Positions 14,059-26,137 of a stretch of 64,000 nt of DNA are shown in pieces. This DNA comes from Cycas panzhihuaensis (taxonomy: Eukaryota > Plantae > Cycadophyta). Location: positions 86,559,741-86,623,740 of the forward strand of contig CM041465.1 in the NCBI GenBank assembly GCA_023213395.1, in the 5' to 3' direction. The notes under the pieces are model-generated. The model was not told where the DNA came from. It did not search any database and saw nothing but the letters and a program-made list of their open reading frames with translations. The translations under genes and the position numbers were made by a program. Position 1 is the first letter of the stretch. Each line of letters starts with the position of its first letter.

Positions 14059-14379
14059 TATTGAAGTGCGTGATGGTAACTATCACGAAGAAGTCCTCTT
14101 CCCAAATCACCCTAGGGCTTTTGGTGTAACAGCAATCCGTGACAAGTGATATCAGAGCGATCAGGGTTCAAAATTGGTCATGAGTTATCGCAGTAGCGTA
14201 CTCGGACATACGTGAAGGCAGGGGAGTGAACGCCGAGGAACGTTGTGGTAGACATGCATTGCTGTGTAGGTGTAGCTGACTCCTCGTGACGGGGAAGTGT
14301 TGGAGCGCGTGATGCTAACTATCACGAGGAAGTCCTCTTCCCAAATCACCCCGGGGCTTTTGGTGCAACGACAACCTAT

Positions 14380-14383
<4 letters not shown>
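14059..14383 (+). mobile_element. TRIM (terminal-repeat retrotransposon in miniature), 325 bp
   Basis: Two 86-bp direct repeats (14059-14144, 14298-14383; T(G/A)TTG...TGACA). PBS TGATATCAGAGC (one mismatch to the tRNA-iMet PBS) at 14147-14158, PPT GACGGGGAAG before the 3' LTR, (TA)n on both flanks. Confidence 0.92.
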
Positions 14384-14465
<82 letters not shown>

Positions 14466-14907
14466 AAAATTCTTAACAATATTTTTTCTTTAATTAACAC
14501 AAATATTCTTGTGCACCTACACTCAAACTAAAATATGCTATCCAAAATTTGCACAACTCTTGACAACCTTCTTGATGAAATAATACAAATCTGAAGTCAC
14601 GAACAACACCTACTTCCAAGACATGCTTGTGCCATCATGGAAAACAACACCAAAGTCGATGCTTTATGAAAAACGTATTCAAAAACTCTTTCAATTAAAT
14701 TAATAATATTTATCATCTTTTAATTCTTGCTCTAATCGGTCAGTCATTAAATTTTCCTAACCTATGAGACCTTTTTTATTAATGAGAAAGGGTTGTATTA
14801 TACCAATTTGGTATTCTCATAAACCATGAGCAACCTAAAAAAAGACTATTGTCTAAATGCTCTAAACCCTCACTTGATATTTAATATGTATTTATCACTT
14901 TTGATCC

Positions 14908-17900
14908 TTTTTTTAGGTAAAAATATGTCATTAAATTATAAAACCAAATGCAATACAAGAGACTAAAGAGCCCATTTATTAAGTAGATCTCCTGACCCAA
15001 TCTTTTACATGTGGTGCACACAAAATTGCAAAATTAGTATGGAGGTTTTTCTTAAGTTGTTTATGGAGAGAAGTAAAACAAGTAGTGGAACAACCATACC
15101 CACACTTCCTTCCATATATGCCCAAAAGTTTGATTAAAGGATAGAACTACATTTTGAAAATATGTTGTAGTTTAAATTTTCCAAATTTCATGCAAGATAG
15201 TTTTGAGAAGAAGCCAGAAGTCTATCAAATAACAACAAATTGTGAACCAACCATATGTCATTGTCCAAGTCCCTTTAATTAGCCAAAAATGAAAAGGCAG
15301 ATGACCAATTCAGATTTTAGTGAAGCCTTGATCTAGATTAAAAATCTCAAAGGCAGTTTGTCAGATCTCCTAAATTAGATGACAGTGCCACCAAATATGA
15401 TTAAAGTTATCATTGTGAACACCACACACAAGACAAAAAGATTAATGATTCATATTCCATTGATCCTACGTGTCCTAAAAAATGAAAGCCTTACGCAAAA
15501 TTTTCTAGTGAAACACATTATGTTTAGGTTATGCCTTCTTCCACCATATCCATCCCCATTTAGCTTGAAGTTGGACGTGTCAATATTGTTGATTATGTAA
15601 CAAGTAGTAGAATTATGAAGACTCGAACACCCAATCCCTGGAAAGGAACTCGAGTCCTTCCTTCTCCTCTAAATCCTTTAAGGCGACGAGAGGGTCCACT
15701 TGTCGAATAAAAAAATTGAGTCTATTAGCGTTTTGCAAGAGCAAAGGTTTGGGCTGAGGATTAATCCCCATCACGACTTCAATAAAATCCTTCCACCGAA
15801 GATGATCAAAGTCCTAAAATTGAATAGCAGAAGCCAATTATGAGAACCAAGAATCGAGCTAAAGGAGCGAAATCCTCCTAATCGACTAGCAAAGAAAACC
15901 ATGGAGAAAACCATTTATTTGTCCAAATTTTGACTTGAAGACCTGTTGATCCTAGAAAATATATAGTGTTATAGTGGAGATTATCCCAAGTTACCACCAT
16001 GTGATTCCAAAATATGGATCTTTTGTTTAAATGGTTAGGAGCTGCCAGTTGCTCTTTAGCCAAAAGCGCTAAACAATACTTCCTCCTAATAATGTGGGTC
16101 CATTTATTATTTTCTATGTTTCTTAAGTCCCACAATCACTTTGCCCCTCTCACCTTTACCATGATAAAAGGGTCTTTGAGACTAAGGCCATCTTGACCCT
16201 TGTGATTAGACAACGTGCTCCACTTCACTAGGCAATAGAACCTCGCTTGCATTGACCAAGGTTTCCAGAGAAATCTAATAAACAAACTTCGAATTACTAA
16301 TAGCACAACTTTGAGAGCTTGAATGATAGACATTAGGTAATTAGGCATTTAGCACATGGTCAATTCTATTAGACTCCCTTAAGAGATCTAATTGGCCAAG
16401 CGTCCAACTCCCTCTTGATTTTTAAAGTATAAGAACACCAATCAATAATTTTTAGTCTAGAGAAGCCCATAGGGATACCTAGGTATTTGAAAATTGTAGA
16501 TCTAGGGGCGATTGGAACTCCCAAGGTTGTCACCAAAGTTAATTAGTCCTCTATATCTACTACATTGAAGATGATAGTGGATTTACTATAATAAATCTTC
16601 ATCTCTGCTACGAGACCAAAAAAACTAAGCACTTAACTCTAAATTTTGATTTCTATATACGAATGATAGCCTAACAATATGGTATCATCTACAAAAATTT
16701 GGTGTGTTGTGGCCTTTGGCCTTTATTCCATCAATAGAAAGCCCTTAGAGAAGACCCACAAATTGGAGCCAAACTGATAGAGAAGAGAGGCCATCTATGG
16801 TGACCACGAAAAGATAAGGAGATAGGGGCATCCATTGCAAATTCCTCTACTAGTATATATGAGGCAATCAACTAAGCCTTTGATTCTTATGGCCATTGAA
16901 ACCAAAGAGATCATGGCTTTGATCCAACTAATATGGTCTTTTTGTAATCCCTTTCAAAAAAGGATGGCTAAAAGAAAGTCCCATTCCACTGTGTCATAAG
17001 CCTTGTTAATGTCCAATTTGAGTAGGGTTGCTTGTTGCCCTTTTGTATGTATAGTATGGCTTGTATCATTGTTATATTGTATGCTATGCAACAACCTTTT
17101 ATGAAGGTTGTTTGATTTTCATTCACAACCCAAGGAAGAAACTCTTTGAGCCGATTAGCTAAGACTTTGGCTATCTATCTCATCAGAGAGTCATTTGAAT
17201 TTTTGCTACACTCCTCAGGGATAGGATTCACCTTGGAGAGAATGATTTGAGCAACTTTGGCCCTAACAACAGAGAAGCCTTTAGTGGTCCACAAATTGTC
17301 GAAGTGATGAAAAATCTTCCCTTGAATTTTGGGTTGTGAATACGTGGTCTCTGTAGGGGAGACCTGCAAGCACTTAAGAGACCGTTGATGTTGAAATGTT
17401 TTAGTATAGTGATTGAAAACTTTTTTATTCTAGTCAACGTGCAACTTCCATTGAATATTGGACCAAGCTCTCAATTTTTTTGCTTCTTGTTTTTGCATTA
17501 AAAGAAATTGGTCATTCAAGTCAATAAGTTTTAATTAGAGATTCGACAAACCTTTACCTTCTTCAAATTCCTTTCAGATAACACAAATTGTAATCAACAA
17601 AGATTCCCTTCGTTCCTCAAATTGACATTTATGATCTTTAACAAACATCTTGATGCAAGATTTGAGACCCTTCATAATCATCGTCCACCAAGCACTAGGG
17701 TTGTTTAAACCATCTAGGCTGGTATACAATTCATTCCATCATTGTTACAAGGCAGTCCTAAAGTCCTCCAATTTAAGCAAACTTGTGTTGAATTTGAAAA
17801 TTGTCTTCCCTTTGGTAGAGGGGGCAACTCTAGTGGAAAATTAAATTTTGATGGGTATATGATCAGATATCACGACCGCATTTATCGAGATATATTGGTA

Positions 17901-20900
17901 TTGATCAACGAATTGGCTGAGGGAATTTGATATGCAGACTACATCCAATCTTTTAGCTATGCAACTACTACTCTGCCTATTGTTGGTCCAAGTAAAATTT
18001 AGAGGCCCCTTCCAAAGAAGCTCGAAAAACCTAGGGCATCTTTAAGATTGGCAAAAAATGAATTATCTCTTTGATAAGGTCTTTTGAATTTACTGCTTGA
18101 TTTGTCATTAGGGTATTCCACAAAGTTGAAATCCCCCAATACTAACATATAGTCTTAATCTGTCTAATTGTTATTTAGAGCTCCTGCCAAAACTTGCCAC
18201 AAATCGTGTCTAACACTAGCACTAGTAGAGGCATAGACCCCAATGACCTAACAAACGAATTAATCCTTTTCCATTTTCAAACACAGCCAATCCTAAAAAG
18301 GGCTTTCAATATATTGAAGCATCTTCCACTATTTATTCTATAGAATACAAAGCCCTCCAACAAGTCGAACTAGAAGAATTAGTTTCCATTGAGCTGACGA
18401 CTAGATACTACGGTAGTGCGCTAGATATCACTTTCAGACACAATATGAGTTTCTAACATAACCAAAAAATGAGGATGTTGTTGTCGAACTAAATGTTTTA
18501 GCTCTGCATTTGAGAAAGTAGGGAAGACCAATATCCCTAATGTTCTAGGCCATTATTAAAAAGTTATTTCTATCTATTTGATTAGAAAGAATTGATGCAA
18601 CTGAGAGATTTAAATCAAATGCAATGCAGACTATCTTCATTATTGGGCATACATTGTTATAATTGATAGTCATTCACCTTTAGAGATCTTGACCATTAGC
18701 TTTCTGAAACATGATCCAAAAATACTACTTCCTCCATGAGCATATCAACCGAGTTGTCTCGAAGAAGCCCTAACATAGGGGTTGCATCCATTTCAGATGT
18801 ATGCCTTTAGATCAATAAAGCAACATTCAACATTTTCTTAAGTTGATCTCTAGAATCATTGAAATCTGCATGTGGATCCTATGCACTCGCCAAGTGACCT
18901 TTTTCTTTGTTTCATGATTGATTAGTTACTAGAGTCCATCTTTCTTTTTCTTTATTTATTTTTGTATGAATTTGCAAAATTTCCTCATTGTTAAAAGAGT
19001 TGTTCCCTACCAACTGCTCCTTCTCCTTGCTTACCTTATTGCTAATTAGCTAGGAAGTGGGCCTTTGGTCGGTAATGCCTTCATCTCTCCAAGTATCTAA
19101 AGTAGGAGGCACTTGAAATAAATGACAAAATTTATGCACATGTCTAACGTTATGACATTGAGTGCATCTGAATAGGACTCCTTCATAGTCTAGATTAAAT
19201 TTGATTGACCTATTTGCAACTTTAATAAATAAGTGTTCTTTAAGCGATTCAATTATATCTAACTCAACACACACGTTTGCCACCCCCTGGTAATGTGCTC
19301 TAAGATGTTCGAGTCTAACTTAATAACCTTACCCAACATGGAGCCAATTTTGATAAAACGTTCTCATTTTTTAAACTCGTTAAGTGAGAACAGTAATGGA
19401 TCCAAATTGAAATTTTTAACAACCTTAGGTTACTCAGATCAAACATAAAAGACCACAGTTGAAGGGCTAGACCCAAGTTTCACATGAACTAAGGAACTTC
19501 GTATAAAACCTTATCCAAATCTGTGAAAGAGGGTAATATATCAAGGTTATTTGTGTAGATTAATTATGTGACTTTAGGATATATTATTAGTATTAGTCTC
19601 ACTTTATGTGCATTTAAATGTAATTTTGGGTTCATGTCATTAGGAGGGAAAATCCTAACCCTAATGCTCACCCTCAATAATAAAAGGCAAAATCTCAATG
19701 AGGGAGTCATTATTCATTCTCACCTCCAAACTTGCTCTCATATCTTGTTTCATCTTCTTTTTCATTCTCCATTGCCATTGTGTGCATGTGAATAATTTAT
19801 CTCCTAGATCCATCATTCCTTCAATCCGTTGTGTTTGAGAAGAAAATATTGAAAAAAACTTTCCCTTTTAGTTCAAATTCAACCTTGCCAAAAAGAATAG
19901 GTGTCCATACTACTTTCACCCATTCTTCAAGAGACCATATGAGAGGATACAGGTTGTTAAATTTGCTAATAAGTGGCTTTGCCTATAATTCCATGCATAT
20001 GCTTTCAACATCCTCAATTGAAAAAGTAATGGTATTTGTTTCATAATCCACCATTCTCGATAATGTGTTTAAGAGGTCTTCATCTGTAACGTTGTTCTGG
20101 TTCTCAAATTGTGAAACATGGCCCTGAGATGCCAGTGCAAGAGGATTGAGGAGGAAGAAGTCATAGACTTCGTTGAGATGGTTATTTCTGTTACATGATT
20201 GATAAACCAAGTTATACATATTTCCTTCTAAGGCAGTCCTGAAGAGATTCTTAGGCCTAAATTGATTAGGGCCTCAAATCCTACCTATTATTTTGTACTA
20301 GAGCAGAGCCTTCCTCCATTGGGATTAAAGACTAGAGAAAAACAAAAGGAAAAACTAATGACACGAAATTTTTTGAAAGGGTCAATAATACTTACCTATG
20401 ATCCAAGGACTTTGGTTGCAAATCTAAGCAAAAAATACACATGCAAACTCTAACATCGACATGCAACCTTGATAAGAGGAGGAAAAGCTAAAAGCATTGA
20501 TACAAGGCCTAGTCTCCTAACCAAGAGACTCAATTGCAAATCAATGAGAAAATGTCTCGTACAAGCACATGCAACAACATGCAGCCCATGAAGTAGAGAG
20601 TGAGATCCAAAGGAACTGTTTTGGCTCTAATTGATTAAGAAAACATTCTTCCAATAAGATTCAATAATATCGTATCGGGCGTCGCCGACAAGATGCTCAA
20701 ATCGTGCTTAGAGTAAAAACTAACCACCCATGTTCACTTGCAAACATCCCTACCCTAATAAAACAAGTGAGGGCCGCTCAAGATCTCCTCTATGCCCAAT
20801 AAAGAGAGAGCATGACCTACAACATCATAGCAGCTGCGCAATGGCAATCAGATTATCTAAGAAACCCTAGTGAGTTTCTGCAATTTCTCCTCTCCATCGC

Positions 20901-20910
20901 CTCCTTCCCA
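14908..20910 (-). mobile_element. Decayed near-full-length L1-clade LINE (ORF1, endonuclease, RT)
   Basis: ORF1 knuckle DYEGVLFRCTQCHNVRH. Endonuclease remnants *NIR (~18540) and GDFN (~18130). RT motifs KLDINKAYDTVEWDFL (~17000), GCPLSPYLF (~16830), FVDDT (~16690) and KYLGIP (~16480). T-tract at 14908. The 5' boundary is approximate, and ~19550-19980 may be an unrelated insert. Confidence 0.9.
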
Positions 20911-21499
20911 ATCGAAAATACAAACCAAGTGTTATCCTTATAAAGTACACACTTTGATCTAAATTCACAATTTATCATGTCCTTTGAACATTTATGAGCC
21001 CAATTCCCTTCATATCCAAACATCAATAATATAATTCATATCTAGCAAAATAAAAAATCATATCTAGCAAATTATCAACTAATGCAACTTCAAACATTTT
21101 ATTCCCTCTTTTCGTTTTTTTGGTAAGATTTAATAAATGTGGAGCTTTAAAAGGGGACCCCAACCGCTTTTACAAAATCTATCAAATTGGCCTTTTAAAT
21201 CTATTGTGACAAAACCACACCTACTACATCTACTAAACCCCCCGCCATGACAAGCCCAATGCCTAATTATTTGCATCAAGCTACTTATCTGCCACACCAA
21301 TCCCAATAGCCAACTCAAACTTCCTACCAATGTTTATGCCTTCCAAGTCTTTCTTAACCACATCCGTAATCTCATCAGGAATCATATCCCTCCAAACCCT
21401 TTTTTCAAACCTTACATTTCTTTAAGGTTTATTTTCCTTTGATTAAAAGATATATCAAATAAAAAAGCCCCTTTACCAAAGATCAAAATTTTTACATCC

Positions 21500-21829
21500 A
21501 TATTCAAATTAAATTTGAACGCCCAATAACTTCTATTTGTTTTTACAACTCTTATATTACTCTTTACAATTTTATTTGTTATAAAATTTATTTTACCTTG
21601 GAGCCTTGTCAAGGCAAGATTTTACCCTACACCACCCAATCACTAATTATCACCAATCTAATTAATATTCAAATTAAATTCAAATGCCCAATAACTTCTA
21701 TTTGTTTTTACAACTCTTATATTACTCTACAATTTTTATTTGTTATAAAATTTATTTTACCTTGGAGCCTTGTCAATGCAAGATTTTACCCTACACCACC
21801 CAATCACTAATTATCACCAATCTAATTAA
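21500..21829. repeat. Two-copy tandem duplication, 165-bp period
   Basis: ATATTCAAATTAAATT...CACCAATCTAATTA starts at 21500 and again at 21665. Confidence 0.92.
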
Positions 21830-21894
21830 AACATAATATTAAAGAAAATGGTCAAATGATAACAAGAAGTCAAAAGAACATAAATACCTCATCT

Positions 21895-22147
21895 TTTTTT
21901 TTTTTTTTTTTTGTAATTGAACAGGAGGAGGTATCATAACACACTCACTCGGAAACACACGCACCCTACTAATCCTCCCCCTGAGCTCCTAGGGGTTAAA
22001 CCTTTAACGTCCGTGCACCGCTATAGTAGCCGCTAGCAAACACACTGACGGTCCTCACCCACCGTGACGGCCAAGGCTCCAAGACTCGAACTTGGGGTTC
22101 CGCAACCGCGTCGGAACTACTTACCGATACGCCGTCCCTTTGGGGAC
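21895..22147 (-). mobile_element. tRNA-derived SINE, ~250 bp
   Basis: Minus strand has an A-box-like GGCGTATCGG, a B-box-like GTTCGAGTC and a ~19-nt poly(A). An 8-bp TSD CCTCATCT lies at 21887-21894 and 22148-22155. Confidence 0.9.
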
Positions 22148-23830
22148 CCTCATCTATTTCTATTACCAATTTTAATATTGCAATTAAAAGTCAAACGTTA
22201 GGGTACATCGATAGGTATCTACCCTACAATGTTGAAATCCGAAGTCCAACCCCCTAAGGGGTTGTAGCAAAGAATTAAATGAAAGGGTGACAAACCCCAA
22301 CAAACAAGGATCTAATTCTATATTTCAAAAAAACAGAAGATTTTATTCAAAAAGAGAAGATTTTATCATAACACCCAAATAGTATGACCCAATTACGACC
22401 AAATAATAGAAATACCAAAAATCATCTATCGGCCTAAAAAGGATACAATGTTCTAAAAAGAATACAAGCCCTTGGCTAAGTAATCCTTCAAATTTCTACA
22501 TTTTCATAAATTAAATATAATATTAGTTCACCCTAATTTAACTTCTTTTCCCATACTTGATTAAAAAACACCCCTTCCAACACAAAGTGTGACTATACAT
22601 CGTAACTTCCACTATCTTCAAGGTTGTTGGGAAATATACAAGAGAAGCGATTTACTCCATATATTCCATGACTACACAAAAATCACTAGCCCAACCTTAA
22701 GAGCACCCCCCCACACCTAAATCAAAGTGATGAAAATGGTGGCCTACATATTTTACTAAAAAAAGAGATGAAAATTTTAGAAAAAAACAAAAAATCAAAA
22801 CAAATACAAGGCTTAGATCATAATACTTCTATCCACTACCAAAGAAATATTTAGAAACATATTAGCAAAGAAAAAGGATATACCCCACTCTTCCTATAGA
22901 GATGTGAAAATGTCAATCCTTTGAAGCATATGAATTTTGCAATAAAGTATCCATCACAAAACATCTCAACCCTCCCTTCGTTAGACTTTCAAAAGGAAAA
23001 GAGGAACAAGTCAATCCCATATCATCTTCAACATTCAATCATTCATTTATCTTTATCAAAATCTAGCGCTAAGGAACAATTCAATCCCATTCAATCCTCA
23101 AAATTCAATCATTCATTTATGTTTATCAAAATCTACTGCAATAATTCTACACTTTCATTTGCTTAAACACCTATTAAATGATGCCATGCTACAAGGAATC
23201 ATTGCACTTCCATTTGCTATAATGCCTACTAAATAATGTTATACAACAATGGTGAAATTACATATTTAAATTTGTTTCAAAGCTTTTGACTAGGCAAATC
23301 ATATATATTCTATTTATAGCATTTTATTAGAGCCTCGATGGGTATAACTTTAGAAGTTTGTGACCCTTTTGTATCACAACAATTTCAAGTTAGGAACAAA
23401 AATAGTGAGGTAAAACTAATAATTACAACACCAAACAATCCAATTGTAATGTAACTCAAAAATCTCCTCCATGAATAAATCAATAAAAGCATTGGACTAG
23501 TACCAAAGTGAAGTAGTCCAGCAATTCTTCTGCAATTTACCATGCACATCAAAAAATTAAACGAGACTAGGCACTTCAAACTCGAAACTTCACAATAACC
23601 AAGGCAATAAATTTTATGGTCCACAAAATGTTCAATATAATTTTTTTTAGTTAAAACACATTTTACATTTGAAAGAGTCTTTATAATTACATCTTTTTGC
23701 CCTATTTGGCTGGTCTTTAAGAGATCTAGGATGGATGTTGAATTGCACAACCTATTAGAAACTAATGGTTAACAGTTTCAAAACTTATGCCTTCTCCTTT
23801 GCAAGCTACATTTGTTCTGATTTAGCTTAC

Positions 23831-24960
23831 TGATTCATCATTTCCTCAAGCTAAGTGTATGAATGAGATACAAATGAACTCCCTCTGAGAATCTGAATAT
23901 AAGAATTTGATTTCTGTATTCTTGAGCTTCATCATGATTCTATAGCCATGATCACAAGAAATAAATACTTTCAGAGTTTACCATGGATAAAACCCTGATA
24001 CATAACAGCCAACTTTTGTGCCAGACAATAGGAGATCCACTTTTCTCAGAAACCTAGCTGGCACTAGCATATTTGTAAAGGTGCACAACAACCCAACTCA
24101 GACCTGTACAGGATACCAAAGTCTTCCATGCGCTCTACACAGAATGGAAAATACAAGCATATATGCATTCGCTAATCAAACACTTGCCACAACAGGAGGA
24201 GGACTCACTCCCTTGGCATAAAGAAGCTTACAACCTATAAAAATTCTCTAGCCTTGGAGCAACTGCCGTAAGGAAAATGGCTATGTTTATCCATCGAGGC
24301 AGCAAATGCAACATACGTTTCCCAAGAGTAACACCCTTCCGTACAAATTTCCACGATGCATTTTTTAGGTAAGTGAGGCATTTTAGGTATGTGATCTGTG
24401 TTATAGATGATCTATTGCTTGAACAGTTCAACAGACTTCTCTGAAAAGCAATCCGCTAATCTCAATCCCTTGTTAGCACCTTCTGATTAAGGCTCATAAA
24501 TTAGTATTTCCTGAAATCAGAAATGTACAGAAACACACACCCAAACTGATTCTCTCTTAAGTCAAGTGAATTTCTCATTTTGAGAGGAATCGATCTAAAC
24601 AAAATCAAATTAAAAGCAAATATTTAGACTCAACAAAATAATGGCCATTCAAAAATAGTAGGAAAATAAAATTAAAGAAACAAATAAAAAGAATCGAAAC
24701 ATAATAATGCACTCTAAATACTACTGCATGTTTAATCGCATCTGAGTGCATGAAACCATATACATCGACTAACTTGGATAGCTGAAACCCTGCCTCAGAA
24801 AAGAAATCCAAATCCCCCATTCCCCATGACTGCAGACCACATGGCACAACAACCCACTACTTAACCCTTCTCCTCCTGTGAAGACTACCCCTGAATTTAG
24901 AGACTACCCTCCGCTTTTCCCAATCACATGTAACCCTAATCCTTGTCTTTTCTCCATGGA
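23831..24960 (-). other. Possible 5' end of a spliced Pol II transcript (long leader or lncRNA)
   Basis: Non-TE-like sequence with a telo-box-like AACCCTAAT at ~24932. Donor GTTAGT (24773), T-rich intron, acceptor TTTCTGATTTCAG (24511), possible second donor GTAAGC (23830). Only short ORFs are present. Confidence 0.35.
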
Positions 24961-25637
24961 ATCTCCGTTTTTTATTTTAAATTACTTTTACCAACTAGGG
25001 TGTCCACGACTTGTCATGTTTCTAAGTTTGTTTAGTTTGTCAAGAGTAAACATGTACAACATGTATGGTCGGTGGCGGCATGATTTTAGAGGTGAAGGAA
25101 GAATTAGATGTGGATCAAACCATTCCTTAAATTTAAATGTGTGTGTCTAACATTCATTCTGCCCCAAATGTCTACATGTGTTCAAAAACATTTACAAAAG
25201 TGCCAAGATAGGACATGAAGATTGGTAAAGGAATTCTTTATATATAATAAAGATATGTTTATGGAACTTTCTAATTTAGAGTTTTAAAAAAAAATACAAT
25301 ATGTACCAAAAAATAAGGTGTAGAAGGTGTAAGTTATGGCATGTAGCTTGAATGAAACCATTTGTAAGTGGCCATAACATGTTGTGTATGCATAATCAAG
25401 TTGAAATTTAAAATAAGTTTGTTTCCTTTTCTTTTAATCTATATCTTAGATTAGAATTTGTCACAAGCAATTATCATGATATATTATTATATTAATGTGA
25501 ATTATGGTGAAAAATGGAGTTTCAGCATCATTGACCTCTATTTATAAATAAAGAAAATATATAATTATTAAGAAAGCATTAATTTACATTTCAACATAAT
25601 TATGGACCAATAATATAGAATATAATGCAATACCATA

Positions 25638-26137
25638 NNNNNNNNNNNNNNNNNNNNNNNNNNNNNNNNNNNNNNNNNNNNNNNNNNNNNNNNNNNNNNN
25701 NNNNNNNNNNNNNNNNNNNNNNNNNNNNNNNNNNNNNNNNNNNNNNNNNNNNNNNNNNNNNNNNNNNNNNNNNNNNNNNNNNNNNNNNNNNNNNNNNNNN
25801 NNNNNNNNNNNNNNNNNNNNNNNNNNNNNNNNNNNNNNNNNNNNNNNNNNNNNNNNNNNNNNNNNNNNNNNNNNNNNNNNNNNNNNNNNNNNNNNNNNNN
25901 NNNNNNNNNNNNNNNNNNNNNNNNNNNNNNNNNNNNNNNNNNNNNNNNNNNNNNNNNNNNNNNNNNNNNNNNNNNNNNNNNNNNNNNNNNNNNNNNNNNN
26001 NNNNNNNNNNNNNNNNNNNNNNNNNNNNNNNNNNNNNNNNNNNNNNNNNNNNNNNNNNNNNNNNNNNNNNNNNNNNNNNNNNNNNNNNNNNNNNNNNNNN
26101 NNNNNNNNNNNNNNNNNNNNNNNNNNNNNNNNNNNNN
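25638..26137. other. Scaffold gap, exactly 500 N
   Basis: Read directly from the sequence. Confidence 1.

Noticed and set aside
14059-14383. Cassandra TRIM with 5S rRNA-derived LTRs
   Set aside because: Only GGAAGTCCTC resembles 5S; no recognisable A-box/C-box core is present.
22199-22265. Short inverted repeats (TAGGGTA/TACCCTA; CAACCCC/GGGGTTG) as MITE ends
   Set aside because: They are isolated 7-bp stems with no TSD or paired termini.
23385-23750. 121-aa ORF conserved in both copies
   Set aside because: Non-ATG start, no recognisable domain and intron-like composition; the conservation only reflects the duplication.
23921-23941. miR172-like sequence (AGAATCATGATGAAGCTCAAG, minus strand)
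   Set aside because: About four mismatches and no convincing precursor hairpin or star arm.
24200-24220. miR399 target or mimic site (...CTCCCTTGGCA)
   Set aside because: Only a short partial match, on the strand opposite the putative transcript.
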